Source: Candidatus Cloacimonadales bacterium
Lineage (GTDB): Bacteria; Cloacimonadota; Cloacimonadia; Cloacimonadales; JAIOQZ01
Length of the DNA stretch: 64,000 nucleotides
Assembly (NCBI GenBank): GCA_963662655.2
Contig: CAXXTU010000002.1
Span: forward strand, 2,624,001-2,688,000
Reading direction: 5' to 3'
The notes beneath the pieces were generated by a model, which did no database searches, was not told the origin of the DNA, and was given only the letters and a program-made list of their open reading frames with translations. Position numbers and translations under genes: made by a program. Shown one piece after another: positions 1 to 9,650 of this stretch (within the stretch, counting starts at the first letter, position 1; each line of letters starts with the position of its first letter).

Positions 1-60
1 TGCTTGAATCGGAATTTCACGCGAAATGATGAATCGCTCACATTCGGTCGGGAGTAAGAA

Positions 61-726
61 ATGAACATCGATTACCATGCCCACGAACAGCAATATCGCA
101 AACTGAGGCTGAAGAGCGATCGAACCGGCTGGGGAAGCGCCCGGGAGAAGCGGGAGCAGATCGAACTCTTCAGCGAAATCCTCCACGATATCAACTTACC
201 CCAAAACGCCCAAGTCCTCGAACTGGGTTGCGGAGCGGCAGAGCTGGCAATACACTACGCTCGTTCGGGGTATCGCATAAGCGGTATCGACATTTCGCAG
301 ACGGCCATCGAATGGGGACGCCAGAATGCGGCCCGTGCAGGGGTAAGCATCGATTTGCATTGCGGCGACGTCCGCACCCTGCCTTTCACCGACAACTCCA
401 TCGATCTAGCGCTCGATGCGTGTCTCCTGCATTGCATCATAGGAGAGGACCGGACCAAAACGCTCCAAGAGGTGCACCGGGTTCTCAAATCGGGTGGATT
501 TCTTGCCGGCATCACCATGTGCGGCCCAATACAAGACGTTCTCCGTCAGCAGTTCGATGTCGTTGACGACTGCCTTTGCATGAATGGCCAGGCGATGCGC
601 TACATCGGAGACAGCGATGCAATTCTGGCAGAACTTGAGGCGGCTGGCTTCAGCCTCATCCATCACAATCTGCTCGAAGTGGAAGCCAACGGGACGTTGG
701 TATATCTGGTTAGGAAAAAGGGATAA
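61..726 (+). CDS. Class I SAM-dependent methyltransferase
   Basis: VLELGCGAA motif I, GIDIS, GDVRTLPF, EVHRVLKSGG; GGGAG RBS upstream. Confidence 0.9.
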   Translation: MNIDYHAHEQQYRKLRLKSDRTGWGSAREKREQIELFSEILHDINLPQNAQVLELGCGAAELAIHYARSGYRISGIDISQTAIEWGRQNAARAGVSIDLHCGDVRTLPFTDNSIDLALDACLLHCIIGEDRTKTLQEVHRVLKSGGFLAGITMCGPIQDVLRQQFDVVDDCLCMNGQAMRYIGDSDAILAELEAAGFSLIHHNLLEVEANGTLVYLVRKKG

Positions 727-736
727 GGAATATTAC

Positions 737-1135
737 ATGAATCACTACGAAAAGGAAATAATCGTTACCCCCGACGATATTGACGAGCAAAACCACGTCA
801 ACAACGTTCGCTATCTGCAATGGATACAGGATGTGTCGAAGGAGCATTGGTGCGGCGTTCTCAGTAAGGAACTCTCACGCGAATATGCCTGGGTTGTAAA
901 AAGCCACCACATCGACTACAAGCGCCCCGCCTTTCTCAGCGAAAAGCTCAAAGCCATCACCTGGATCGAGAAGTTCGAAGGGTTCCTCAGCTATCGCGCG
1001 GTCGAGATACGTAGCGCCGAGACAGGCAAACTGCACGTGAAATCGATGACCCAGTGGTGCCTTTACGATTTCGAGACGCAGAAACCGATGCGCATCCCCC
1101 AGGAGATGATCGACCTTCTCGATAGAATGAATTGA
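737..1135 (+). CDS. Acyl-CoA thioesterase, hotdog fold (YbgC/4HBT family)
   Basis: DIDEQNHVNNVRY and IDYKRPA motifs; start moved to ATG 737 behind AAGGA. Confidence 0.88.
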   Translation: MNHYEKEIIVTPDDIDEQNHVNNVRYLQWIQDVSKEHWCGVLSKELSREYAWVVKSHHIDYKRPAFLSEKLKAITWIEKFEGFLSYRAVEIRSAETGKLHVKSMTQWCLYDFETQKPMRIPQEMIDLLDRMN

Positions 1136-1357
1136 ACACAGCTTCGATAACGTTCGCGGCATCTTCGCCCGATCTGTCGCTCCATCGTGGATATAACACG
1201 TCAAGTGACTATCGAGCGAGATGATTAGACGTGTAACACCACGCCTTCGCGACAGATCGAACGAATCTGCTCACGAACTTTCCACGAACGGATTTCCATA
1301 TTCAACTTTTATTTAATAATTCTTGACTTTGAACTACCCGAGTACTGTTCTCTGGTT

Positions 1358-3520
1358 ATGGAGGACGCAATGCAACAGAAATTCATCTTGTTAGCGCTCA
1401 TTCAGATCATTGTGATTTCTCTATGGAGCGAGTGCTCGAAAATCGGTGAGTACGAATTTGATGCTGAACCTTGGGCGATAACGGTACACAACGATATTGC
1501 CTACGTTGCGTGCAGCACAAATGGATTGCTGATACTCGACGTCTCCGATCCGACCAGCCCCGAGCTTCTTTGCAACTATTCAACTGGCATCGTAGATCAA
1601 TATTGCTTCGACGTGCTGGTTGAGGGAAACTATGCCTTCATCGCGGGTAGAGCGATCGACCTGATTGTGCTCGCCATCTCCGATCCGGCCAATCCGGTAG
1701 AGGTTGCGCAATTGGATACCCCTGGAGACGCCTACGACATGGTGTTGGAGAATGGGATTCTATACTTGCCATCGTATGGTTATGGCATGCAGATTCTGGA
1801 TGTTTCGGATCCGACTTCACCGCAGCTCCTCAGTATGTACCATTCTCAATCCGATACGCCATGCCGGATATCCCTATCGGATCAATACCTCTACTTGGTT
1901 TCTTCATGGCTTGAAGCGGAGGTCATTGACGTTTCCGATGTGACTTCGCCGGAATTCGTCGGGGTATTCGGGTGGGGCGATCCGGCACCATTCGCCGACA
2001 TTGCAGCCAGTGGCGGGATTGTTTGCGCGACGGGCTACTTCTACGGGGTCAGGATTTTTGATGCGTCGGATCCCGCAGATGTGGAGGAGGTGGGATTCTA
2101 CGATGTGGCTTCGGAGTGTAACAACCTTTACCTCGAGGATGGCCTATTGATCCTTGCAACGCAATTCAACGGATTGATTTTCGCGGATGTCTCGGATCCG
2201 ACCAATCCACAAACAATCAACATGATCGATATGCGAGGGGCTGCCGAGGACGTGTTCATTGGCGACGGCAAGGCATACGTTGTCGCCAATGGATTCGGCT
2301 TGCAGGTGTTCGGTGTAGAGGATTACGAGAATCATGATATCGTTGGGAAAATCAACACACGTTACAACGCTACGGATGTAATCGTCACGGGCGATGTTGC
2401 TTATATTGCCCTGGACGATTACGGGATATGCTCGGTCGATGTGTCCGATCCGGTGAACCCAAGTGTTCTCGAACTGGAGCATTACACGCGTTGCACCGAC
2501 CTGATCGAAAAGGATGGGATTATCTATATCACTACGATCGGCTCCGTGCGATTGATCGATGGTGTCGATCCGCACGACTTGCATGCCTTCAGTATATGCT
2601 ATACGCCAGGTCACGCGTTGGACATGGATTTTTCGGGCAACTACATCTTCGTGGCCGATGGCGAGGAGGGGTTGCAGGTCGTTGACGTCGGAGACATTGA
2701 GGAACCAGCGATCATCGGTTCGTGCGATACGCCGGATTCGGCAAGGTGTATAGAGGTGTCGAACGGATACGCTTATATTGCGGATCATTCTTCCGGCTTG
2801 CAGATCGTGGATGTTGGTGATCCCGAAAATCCCCTGTTGATCGGCTCTTGCGATACGCCCGGGACCGCGCAATCGCTCGCTGTGTGGGCGAATGCCGCAT
2901 ATGTTGCGGACGGAAACGGCGGTTTGCAGATCATCGATGTGTCGGATCCTGAAAATCCGGCGCTGCGCTCCACGATATCGAACCACGAGACGAGTGATAT
3001 CGCTTGTTGCTACAACAAAGGCGACAGGCTGTACGTTTCCGATATCAACTGGAATGAAATCCTGATATTCAATATCGCTAGTCCACTGCATCCCGTCCTG
3101 ATAGATTCTTATGCCTGGGAATACAGGGTGAACGACTTTTACGTGAGTGGTTCGTGCCTCTATACCGCAAACGGCAGCTATCACGGAATGGCAATCCTCG
3201 ATCTGGAAGCCATACCCAACGACGATCCGCAGACGGTAGCTCCTATCGAGAACAACCTTGCCAACCACCCCAACCCATTCAATCCCACTACGACCATCTC
3301 GTTCTCGATCGCGGAGGATGCCGCGGTGAGGCTGGAGATTTTCAACATCCGGGGGCAGCTCGTGAAAACGATGGTGGAAGAGCGTCTCGAAGCCGGAATC
3401 CATGAGGCTGTGTGGAATGGTAAAGACACGCAGAACTTGAGTGTCGCATCGGGCATTTACTTCTGCCGCCTGAAATCGGGCTCGAAGGATGTGACGAAGA
3501 AAATGGTACTGCTGAAATAG
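1358..3520 (+). CDS. Secreted LVIVD-repeat beta-propeller protein with FlgD/T9SS-like C-terminal domain
   Basis: Signal peptide; many GLQIxDVSDPxxP repeats; NHPNPFNP...KKMVLLK tail. Confidence 0.9.
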   Translation: MEDAMQQKFILLALIQIIVISLWSECSKIGEYEFDAEPWAITVHNDIAYVACSTNGLLILDVSDPTSPELLCNYSTGIVDQYCFDVLVEGNYAFIAGRAIDLIVLAISDPANPVEVAQLDTPGDAYDMVLENGILYLPSYGYGMQILDVSDPTSPQLLSMYHSQSDTPCRISLSDQYLYLVSSWLEAEVIDVSDVTSPEFVGVFGWGDPAPFADIAASGGIVCATGYFYGVRIFDASDPADVEEVGFYDVASECNNLYLEDGLLILATQFNGLIFADVSDPTNPQTINMIDMRGAAEDVFIGDGKAYVVANGFGLQVFGVEDYENHDIVGKINTRYNATDVIVTGDVAYIALDDYGICSVDVSDPVNPSVLELEHYTRCTDLIEKDGIIYITTIGSVRLIDGVDPHDLHAFSICYTPGHALDMDFSGNYIFVADGEEGLQVVDVGDIEEPAIIGSCDTPDSARCIEVSNGYAYIADHSSGLQIVDVGDPENPLLIGSCDTPGTAQSLAVWANAAYVADGNGGLQIIDVSDPENPALRSTISNHETSDIACCYNKGDRLYVSDINWNEILIFNIASPLHPVLIDSYAWEYRVNDFYVSGSCLYTANGSYHGMAILDLEAIPNDDPQTVAPIENNLANHPNPFNPTTTISFSIAEDAAVRLEIFNIRGQLVKTMVEERLEAGIHEAVWNGKDTQNLSVASGIYFCRLKSGSKDVTKKMVLLK
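3269..3383 (+). repeat. 115-bp block, 107/115 identical to 4837-4951 (CTD-coding)
   Basis: Manual alignment, 8 mismatches, no gaps. Confidence 0.9.
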
Positions 3521-3528
3521 GAGGCATC

Positions 3529-5088
3529 ATGGTACGCTCTATTCACGTGTGGATTATTGTCCTTATCTCGCTATTGTTTCTACCTATTCTTCTTGCTGCC
3601 GAAACCCAATACGAAATAACGCTGGTTGATTCCGTTATCATCCCATATTCTTATGAATATGTACAGGTTACACAGGATTCATTGCTTCGGTTCTGGGATT
3701 TGGAGATTGAAACCGAATCCATCACCGTAAACACATTTACGCTCGATCGGCAAGGAAACCTCACAACTCCGGCACAAGTTCTATCCACGCCGAATGAACA
3801 CGGGTATGAAACTCCATTGTCGTTTTATTCTCAGTTCTACGAGAGTGAAGACCGTATCTGTGTTGGATGCAATAATGACAGCTTTCTAACGCTTCATGTT
3901 TTTGAGAATGACGCATATCAATACGAAAGAGAGTATCAGCTTGAGTTTCAAATCGATGAATTCCAAAGAAGAGCCCATACCTTATTGTGGGACACAAATA
4001 CGTTTCTTATTGCCCTGGATCAAGCTGTAATACGCTGCAACCTCGACGAAAATGTGGCTGATACCCTTATAACATTTGAAGATGACTGGCCAATTGATAT
4101 ACCTACACACCTGTATCCCTTAGGTGACCAGTACTTGATCATCTCTCGAAATTGGGATGAATGGTATTTATTGAATACATACTTCGATTTGATTCAAGAG
4201 ATTGACACATATGATCAATTTGAGTTCGAAGGTAACACCTTTGAAACTGCCTATCCCGCAATTGAAATATCTGGTGGATACGTCGTAAGTTATATAAATT
4301 TAGCCTTTACTGATTTGATGGCATATTTTTGGGTTGAGAACAATGCTCTGCATATTGGATATGGTGTTGGGACTGAAATGGATTCTTATCCTCATTTTGC
4401 CAATCCCGTCTCACTCAATGATTCGATTTTCTTTTTCACGGATTTAGGTGGACCGTTTGTGGTTATTGGCGAATATACCGATAACGACATCGGATATTAC
4501 GGCGGGGGTATTGCTATCTCATACGGTTGCACGGTGGCGAAAATGGATTCCTACTTGGCGATTCTGCGTCAGATGGACGATCTGCATCGTGTCCGAATCT
4601 ATGACGATACTTTCCCCGAGTACCATGAAGAAGAGTTCTCCGTACCGGCGCCGTCAGATCCGGAATATCACCCAAGCAGGTGGTATAATTATATGATGCA
4701 GCCTTATGTGTTCTTTGAGAGGAGATATCGTTCAACAGTAGGAGAAACTTCAAGGATTTACATCTATCATATCGACACCTATGAACCAACTTCGGGCCAG
4801 ACAATACCGAAACCGGAATTAACACTTTCCTGTTATCCCAACCCGTTCAATCCCACTACGACCATCACGTTTTCGATCGCGGAGGATGCCGCGGTGAGGT
4901 TGGAGATTTTCAACATCCGGGGGCAGCTCGTAAATACGCTGGTGGACGAGCCCATGCACAGAGGTGAGCACAGCGTTCTCTGGCAAGGCGATGACGATGC
5001 CGGAAAGCCTGTTTCCAGCGGTGTTTACCTGTACAGGGTGGCATCAGGAGATTTGACCAGGACACAGAAGATGATATTGATGAAATAG
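3529..5088 (+). CDS. Secreted hypothetical protein with FlgD/T9SS-like C-terminal domain
   Basis: Signal peptide; GGAGG RBS; YPNPFNP...QKMILMK tail; gene body visibly AT-richer than its neighbours. Confidence 0.85.
   Translation: MVRSIHVWIIVLISLLFLPILLAAETQYEITLVDSVIIPYSYEYVQVTQDSLLRFWDLEIETESITVNTFTLDRQGNLTTPAQVLSTPNEHGYETPLSFYSQFYESEDRICVGCNNDSFLTLHVFENDAYQYEREYQLEFQIDEFQRRAHTLLWDTNTFLIALDQAVIRCNLDENVADTLITFEDDWPIDIPTHLYPLGDQYLIISRNWDEWYLLNTYFDLIQEIDTYDQFEFEGNTFETAYPAIEISGGYVVSYINLAFTDLMAYFWVENNALHIGYGVGTEMDSYPHFANPVSLNDSIFFFTDLGGPFVVIGEYTDNDIGYYGGGIAISYGCTVAKMDSYLAILRQMDDLHRVRIYDDTFPEYHEEEFSVPAPSDPEYHPSRWYNYMMQPYVFFERRYRSTVGETSRIYIYHIDTYEPTSGQTIPKPELTLSCYPNPFNPTTTITFSIAEDAAVRLEIFNIRGQLVNTLVDEPMHRGEHSVLWQGDDDAGKPVSSGVYLYRVASGDLTRTQKMILMK
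4837..4951 (+). repeat. Second copy of the 115-bp CTD-coding block
   Basis: Manual alignment with 3269-3383. Confidence 0.9.
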
Positions 5089-5135
5089 CTCAATACCTGT
5101 TTCTCAATGAATCTGAAGATGCATGCTCGTCCTCA

Positions 5136-5386
5136 GCTTTTTCCTTTTTTTGGGCCTCACCGATAACCCGCGAGTTGCTCACCAACCCAGCACGGCGGGA
5201 CGGCGCGTGCGCTGCGCGCACTTACAGGTTTTATATCGCTGACTATTCAGTAAGCGATACAAAATCCTGAGGAAGCCCTTGAATAAAACACAGCAACGTG
5301 CGATGGAAGCCGGATGAAATTCGGCTGACGTGGATGTTGGTGTGTTGAAAGGGCTTCCGCGCCGTCCCGCCGTGCGGTCGGTTCGC
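5136..5386. other. Structured four-way-junction element, copy 1 (candidate ncRNA or ssDNA-folding repeat)
   Basis: 17-bp perfect outer stem 5190-5206/5359-5375; GTGCGC-TGC-GCGCAC hairpin 5207-5221; hairpin 5225-5269; 10-bp stem 5271-5280/5349-5358; homologous to 49569-49823. Confidence 0.65.
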
Positions 5387-5395
5387 AAAAAAAAA

Positions 5396-6742
5396 GGCAC
5401 TGTTGCATATTAAGTGGGTGAATGGGTATTCAGATATCCGCAACATTGCAGAACCTTCAATCTGAAGTATGAGAAGTCCTTGTATCCATACGCTCTCTTT
5501 ATAATGGTTCGAATGACGTTGTTAACCGCTTCTGCCTTGGCATTCGTGATTCTATGCTTGAACCAGCTCAACACAATATGCAATCTCTTCATAATCGTTC
5601 TTGCAAGTGCCTTCAGTGGCTCGAAGACGGTTTTCTGAATAACTCTGCACCACTCTTCAATCATCGGCTTCGCTTCTTCTTGCGTAATATCGTCTTCGAA
5701 AATCGATAGTAAATCTTCTTTGAGCAAATAGGCTTCGTAAAGGGGATGATTTAGCGTCTCCAGTTTCTTGAGTCGGGCTTGATGGTTTTCTTTGTGATTG
5801 TGTTTTCTGGTCAAAACCAACCACCGGTCGTGTTTCTTGCTCTGACGCAACTTGTCAGATTCAAAATCTCTCTGAAGTTCTCGTCGTACTTCTTCCACTT
5901 TTCTGTTGACCAGGCGGCTGAAATGGAAACGATCAAATACGATCATATCGGCACTCCAACACTCGGAAACAGCGCCGATATATGAACCACTGAAATCCAT
6001 TGTTACGGTATCAATCCAGCGGAGTCGTCGTTCGTATTTTCGAAACAACTCCTTCGCACTTTCTTTCGATTTGCCCATTGTCAGGTCGATCACACGCCCG
6101 TCCTCATGGTTTGTGATAACCGTTGCATACTTATGCCTTCGCTTATAACCAATCTCGTCAATTGCAATCTGATCGACATTCGGAACTCGTCCTCTATAAC
6201 CCTTTTCCAACTTGGATAACTCAATTTTGTCGATTCGATAAATCGTACTCCGATCCACACCGAATATCCGTGCTACAGAAGCATTGTCTGAACGAAGCGT
6301 GAACTGGAGAACCTTATTGCCGAAGTCTTTAGAGTGTCGATTGAGACCCTCGGCAATATCCTGTTGTTCAGTTTTCACTCCACACTGAGCGCAGTTGATC
6401 CGGCGAAGCGTCAGCACAAGTACTACGGGACGACAGGATATGGATGCATGAAGAATTTTGCGGACTCGATGATCATAAACTGTTCCCACAATACCGCATG
6501 TAGGACAACGTGGCTCATCTTCCTTTCGAACATGGACTTCAATGCATGGATAAGTTTGATACGTACCTTCGATTATCTGGTCGGCAGAATAACCTTGCAA
6601 AGCCAACAACGTTTTACAGACTTGTTTTCTGAGAGGATCATTCATCTCTATCTCCTTGTTGTGGTGATTAGGAGATTGTACGAGATCGGGTGATTCCTCT
6701 CTATCTTTTTTCCGACTTACCCACTAAGTTTGCAACAGTGCC
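5396..6742 (-). mobile_element. ISL3-family insertion sequence, 1347 bp
   Basis: 24-bp terminal inverted repeats GGCACTGTTGCATATTAAGTGGGT (5396-5419) and reverse complement of 6719-6742 (21/24 identical) flanking an ISL3 transposase; no target-site duplication visible. Confidence 0.92.
5410..6645 (-). CDS. ISL3-family transposase
   Basis: Zinc finger CPTC...CAQC, IAIDE, VTMDF, VFDRFH, TNAKAEAVNNVIRTIIKRAYGYKDF. Confidence 0.95.
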   Translation of the reverse strand: MNDPLRKQVCKTLLALQGYSADQIIEGTYQTYPCIEVHVRKEDEPRCPTCGIVGTVYDHRVRKILHASISCRPVVLVLTLRRINCAQCGVKTEQQDIAEGLNRHSKDFGNKVLQFTLRSDNASVARIFGVDRSTIYRIDKIELSKLEKGYRGRVPNVDQIAIDEIGYKRRHKYATVITNHEDGRVIDLTMGKSKESAKELFRKYERRLRWIDTVTMDFSGSYIGAVSECWSADMIVFDRFHFSRLVNRKVEEVRRELQRDFESDKLRQSKKHDRWLVLTRKHNHKENHQARLKKLETLNHPLYEAYLLKEDLLSIFEDDITQEEAKPMIEEWCRVIQKTVFEPLKALARTIMKRLHIVLSWFKHRITNAKAEAVNNVIRTIIKRAYGYKDFSYFRLKVLQCCGYLNTHSPT

Positions 6743-6847
6743 TAATTTTATGCATGATTGTATCCTGTCTGGCATTTTTGCGAATTAATGGGAATGTTGG
6801 AATGAATGTCAATAAGAATTAATCGCGCCTAATGAGAATGTATTGCT

Positions 6848-8491
6848 CTACCCCTCCAGCTTCTCGTAGTATTTTTCCACCTTGATGTCGTGGTCGGTTT
6901 GGAGTTGCTCGAACCAGTGTTCCCACTTATCTTTGAGGATTTGTTTGCGGATGGGTTCCTTCACCTGTGAGAAGGTGAGTTGCGCGCCCGGGACACGCTC
7001 GAGGATTTTGTAGATAACGTAACGATCGTCCTGCGGCACCGGCGGAACGATATCGCCTTCGGAGAACGGAGCGATCGTATCGTAGGTCTCTTTGAGGAAT
7101 TCGCGGTTCATGGGAGGCGAGATGCCCTTCGTGTATCCCTTGTTATCTTCGAGAGAATAGGTCGCGACGGCCTGCGAGAAATTGAGTCCCGCCTGAAGCT
7201 TGCGGAAGACGTCTTTGGCGGTATCGCTATCGGCAAGGATGATCTTCTGAAGCTTGAAGATATCCGAGCGGCGGTACTTCTGCGGGTTCTCCTCGTACTT
7301 CGCCAGGATTTCCCGGTCCGAAATCCGCATCTCACGGTCTTCGATGTAGGCGATCAGCTTACCGCCCCGCGCGATGTCGAGCTCGGCCTGACGCTTGTTC
7401 CACTCCAGGTTGAATCGCAGGGTGTTGTCGATGTGGATATCACGCGCGTACTGTACCTTCAAATCCTCCATCGCGATCTGCATGGCGGTGTCGATCAGCC
7501 AGTTGGGGGCAGCGTCGCGGATGTCGGCAATGCTGAAGTGATCCTTGAGTATCAGGATGAACTCCTCGAAGCGGATGTTCGATTCCTCGGTCACATAGCT
7601 GATGATAACCGTGGAACGAACCTCGGGATCCTGGAATTCGTCCTCCGTGATCGTATAGACCCGCGAAAGGAATTCGCGATTGACGACAATGCGCGATTCG
7701 AGGTCGCTTTGCAGGTTCTGAAGCATCTGCCCGTATTTTCTCCGGCGTACCTGATCGAATATGTGCGGCCAGACCTGCTCGAAATCGGGATTAGTGCCCC
7801 GGTAAAGGATTTCGTAGGCCATACCGCTGTCGAGGATATCCGTGTGCTGACCTGTCGCTGCAAGATTTTCTGCCGCTTCAAGGTACTGGGGACTTCCGAA
7901 GCTGTACAATTTCTGCGGATAGTATCCCCAGAATCCGCTGTCGGCATGGGTGCTGGGATCGCTGAATTCCATCAGGACTTCCGAAAAGGGTTTTCCGGCG
8001 TCCAGTTGAGCTTTCGCGGATTCGATCGTTTCCCGTGCATCGGAAGCGATTCGCGGAACGACGATGTGATACAATGATATATATGGGTGCTGCGAAAAGA
8101 ACGCCTTCTCCTCCGCCGTGTTCATGCCACCGCTTGTATCGGCGGCGTAGCGGGTGAATTCCTTGTTGAGGATTTCGCGGAAGGTATAGTCCTTCTCTTT
8201 CTGCACTTGCTCCTGGATCTCCTCGGCAAAAATGCCGGTCTTTTTTGCGTAAGCCTCAACGGCTTTTTGCACGATCAGGTTGTCCAGCAGCTTGACTTTC
8301 TCGTTGAAGGTGAACTCTTCCTGGCCGTCCTGCGTGGCATAGGCGAGGAAGTCGATGTAGGTGATGTTTTCGTTTCCGACTTGAGCGACAACGCGATTGC
8401 GATCGGAAGGCGTACGGTATTTGAAGAAGAACAGCAGAAACAGAATGACAAATCCTGTGAAAATCATGATTCGCTTATTGTATTTCTGCAC
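6848..8491 (-). CDS. Parvulin-type peptidyl-prolyl isomerase / SurA-PrsA-like chaperone
   Basis: N-terminal TM helix, VVAQVGNENIT, two rotamase-like regions (GKPFSEVLMEFSD; GLNFSQAVATYS); probable GTG start at 8491. Confidence 0.8.
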   Translation of the reverse strand: MQKYNKRIMIFTGFVILFLLFFFKYRTPSDRNRVVAQVGNENITYIDFLAYATQDGQEEFTFNEKVKLLDNLIVQKAVEAYAKKTGIFAEEIQEQVQKEKDYTFREILNKEFTRYAADTSGGMNTAEEKAFFSQHPYISLYHIVVPRIASDARETIESAKAQLDAGKPFSEVLMEFSDPSTHADSGFWGYYPQKLYSFGSPQYLEAAENLAATGQHTDILDSGMAYEILYRGTNPDFEQVWPHIFDQVRRRKYGQMLQNLQSDLESRIVVNREFLSRVYTITEDEFQDPEVRSTVIISYVTEESNIRFEEFILILKDHFSIADIRDAAPNWLIDTAMQIAMEDLKVQYARDIHIDNTLRFNLEWNKRQAELDIARGGKLIAYIEDREMRISDREILAKYEENPQKYRRSDIFKLQKIILADSDTAKDVFRKLQAGLNFSQAVATYSLEDNKGYTKGISPPMNREFLKETYDTIAPFSEGDIVPPVPQDDRYVIYKILERVPGAQLTFSQVKEPIRKQILKDKWEHWFEQLQTDHDIKVEKYYEKLEG

Positions 8492-8499
8492 GATAGCCT

Positions 8500-9630
8500 C
8501 TAGAGTTCTTCCGTAATCCAGCTGAATGTCGTGTTCTTGCCTTCGCGCCAAATCTTCAGTCGGATTTCCTCGCCGATCGCAAGATCGGACACCGCCAGCG
8601 CTACGTCGTCGAAATCCTTGATCTGGTAGTCGTTGATCTCCTGGATCACGTCGTTGAGCTTCAGGCCGGCGCGTTCCGCGGGACCGCCCTGCTCCACGCC
8701 AACGACGATGACGCCGTTGAGGTCTTCCAGTTTGAATTTGGAGGCGATCATGGGATTGATGTCCTGCACCGCGAAGCCGAAGTGACGATCGCGGATTTTT
8801 CCGTAGCGGACAAGCTCCTTGGCGATCTTCTTCACGCGGTCGATCGGAATGGCGAAACCGATGCCGACGCTTTCGCCGGACTCGGAGAAGATGAACGTGT
8901 TCAAGCCGATTACCTCGCCATTGATATTGACCAACGGGCCACCGCTATTACCCGGGTTGATCGCCGCGTCGGTCTGGATCATGCGCTTGTAAATTTTTCC
9001 GTCGCCAATCTCCGCGAAATTGCGTTCCACCGCCGAGATCACACCCACGGATACGCTGGGACGCGAATCCTTGATCAGGTAAGCATACGGATTTCCGACC
9101 GCGATAGACCACTCCCCGATGATCAGGTCTTCAGAGTCTCCCAGCTTCGCCACGGAAAGGTCGTTCCCGGAGATTTTCACAACAGCCACATCGTGAATGT
9201 TGTCGATTCCGATCAGCTCGGCGTCCATGTCGCGCCCATCGTTCAGGATGACGGTTATCTTGGTAGCGCCTTCCACCACGTGAGCATTGGTGATGATGTA
9301 CCCGCGTTCATCGATAATCACGCCAGTACCGATGCTCTGAACATCCTGACGGTACGGGATATCGAAGAATCCGAAGAAGGGATTCTGGAAGGGATTGGTG
9401 TAACGCCGGACAATCCTCGTCTTGAGGACGTTGACGCTCACCACGGCTACTTCCACCTCTTTTACCGCGCGCGTGATGGGATTCTCGCGGGAGAAATCCA
9501 TCTCGACAGGGTTGGCCTGGTAGACCACCTCGGAAGGCTGGAGTGTTTGAGAGGTGAAATGCTTGTACAGCAGGTAGTTCGCTGTAATAACGAGCAGCAC
9601 GAAAATCCAGTAGTGTGCGTATCGCTTCAT
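8500..9630 (-). CDS. HtrA/DegP-family serine protease with PDZ domain
   Basis: ITNAHVV, IQTDAAINPGNSGGPL, C-terminal PDZ. Confidence 0.95.
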   Translation of the reverse strand: MKRYAHYWIFVLLVITANYLLYKHFTSQTLQPSEVVYQANPVEMDFSRENPITRAVKEVEVAVVSVNVLKTRIVRRYTNPFQNPFFGFFDIPYRQDVQSIGTGVIIDERGYIITNAHVVEGATKITVILNDGRDMDAELIGIDNIHDVAVVKISGNDLSVAKLGDSEDLIIGEWSIAVGNPYAYLIKDSRPSVSVGVISAVERNFAEIGDGKIYKRMIQTDAAINPGNSGGPLVNINGEVIGLNTFIFSESGESVGIGFAIPIDRVKKIAKELVRYGKIRDRHFGFAVQDINPMIASKFKLEDLNGVIVVGVEQGGPAERAGLKLNDVIQEINDYQIKDFDDVALAVSDLAIGEEIRLKIWREGKNTTFSWITEEL

Positions 9631-9650
9631 TGCTTCTCCGGTTGCTGGTT

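Noticed and set aside
2144..3403. Long antisense ORFs (also 6980-8077, 8782-9807, 11907-12893, 57527-58618, 58678-59763, 62518-63459)
   Set aside because: They lie opposite well-supported genes and have no motifs; shadow ORFs caused by codon bias
5136..5386. Calling the element a retron or an integron attC site
   Set aside because: No reverse transcriptase or integrase in the window and no clear RYYYAAC/GTTRRRY ends; kept only as an architectural analogy
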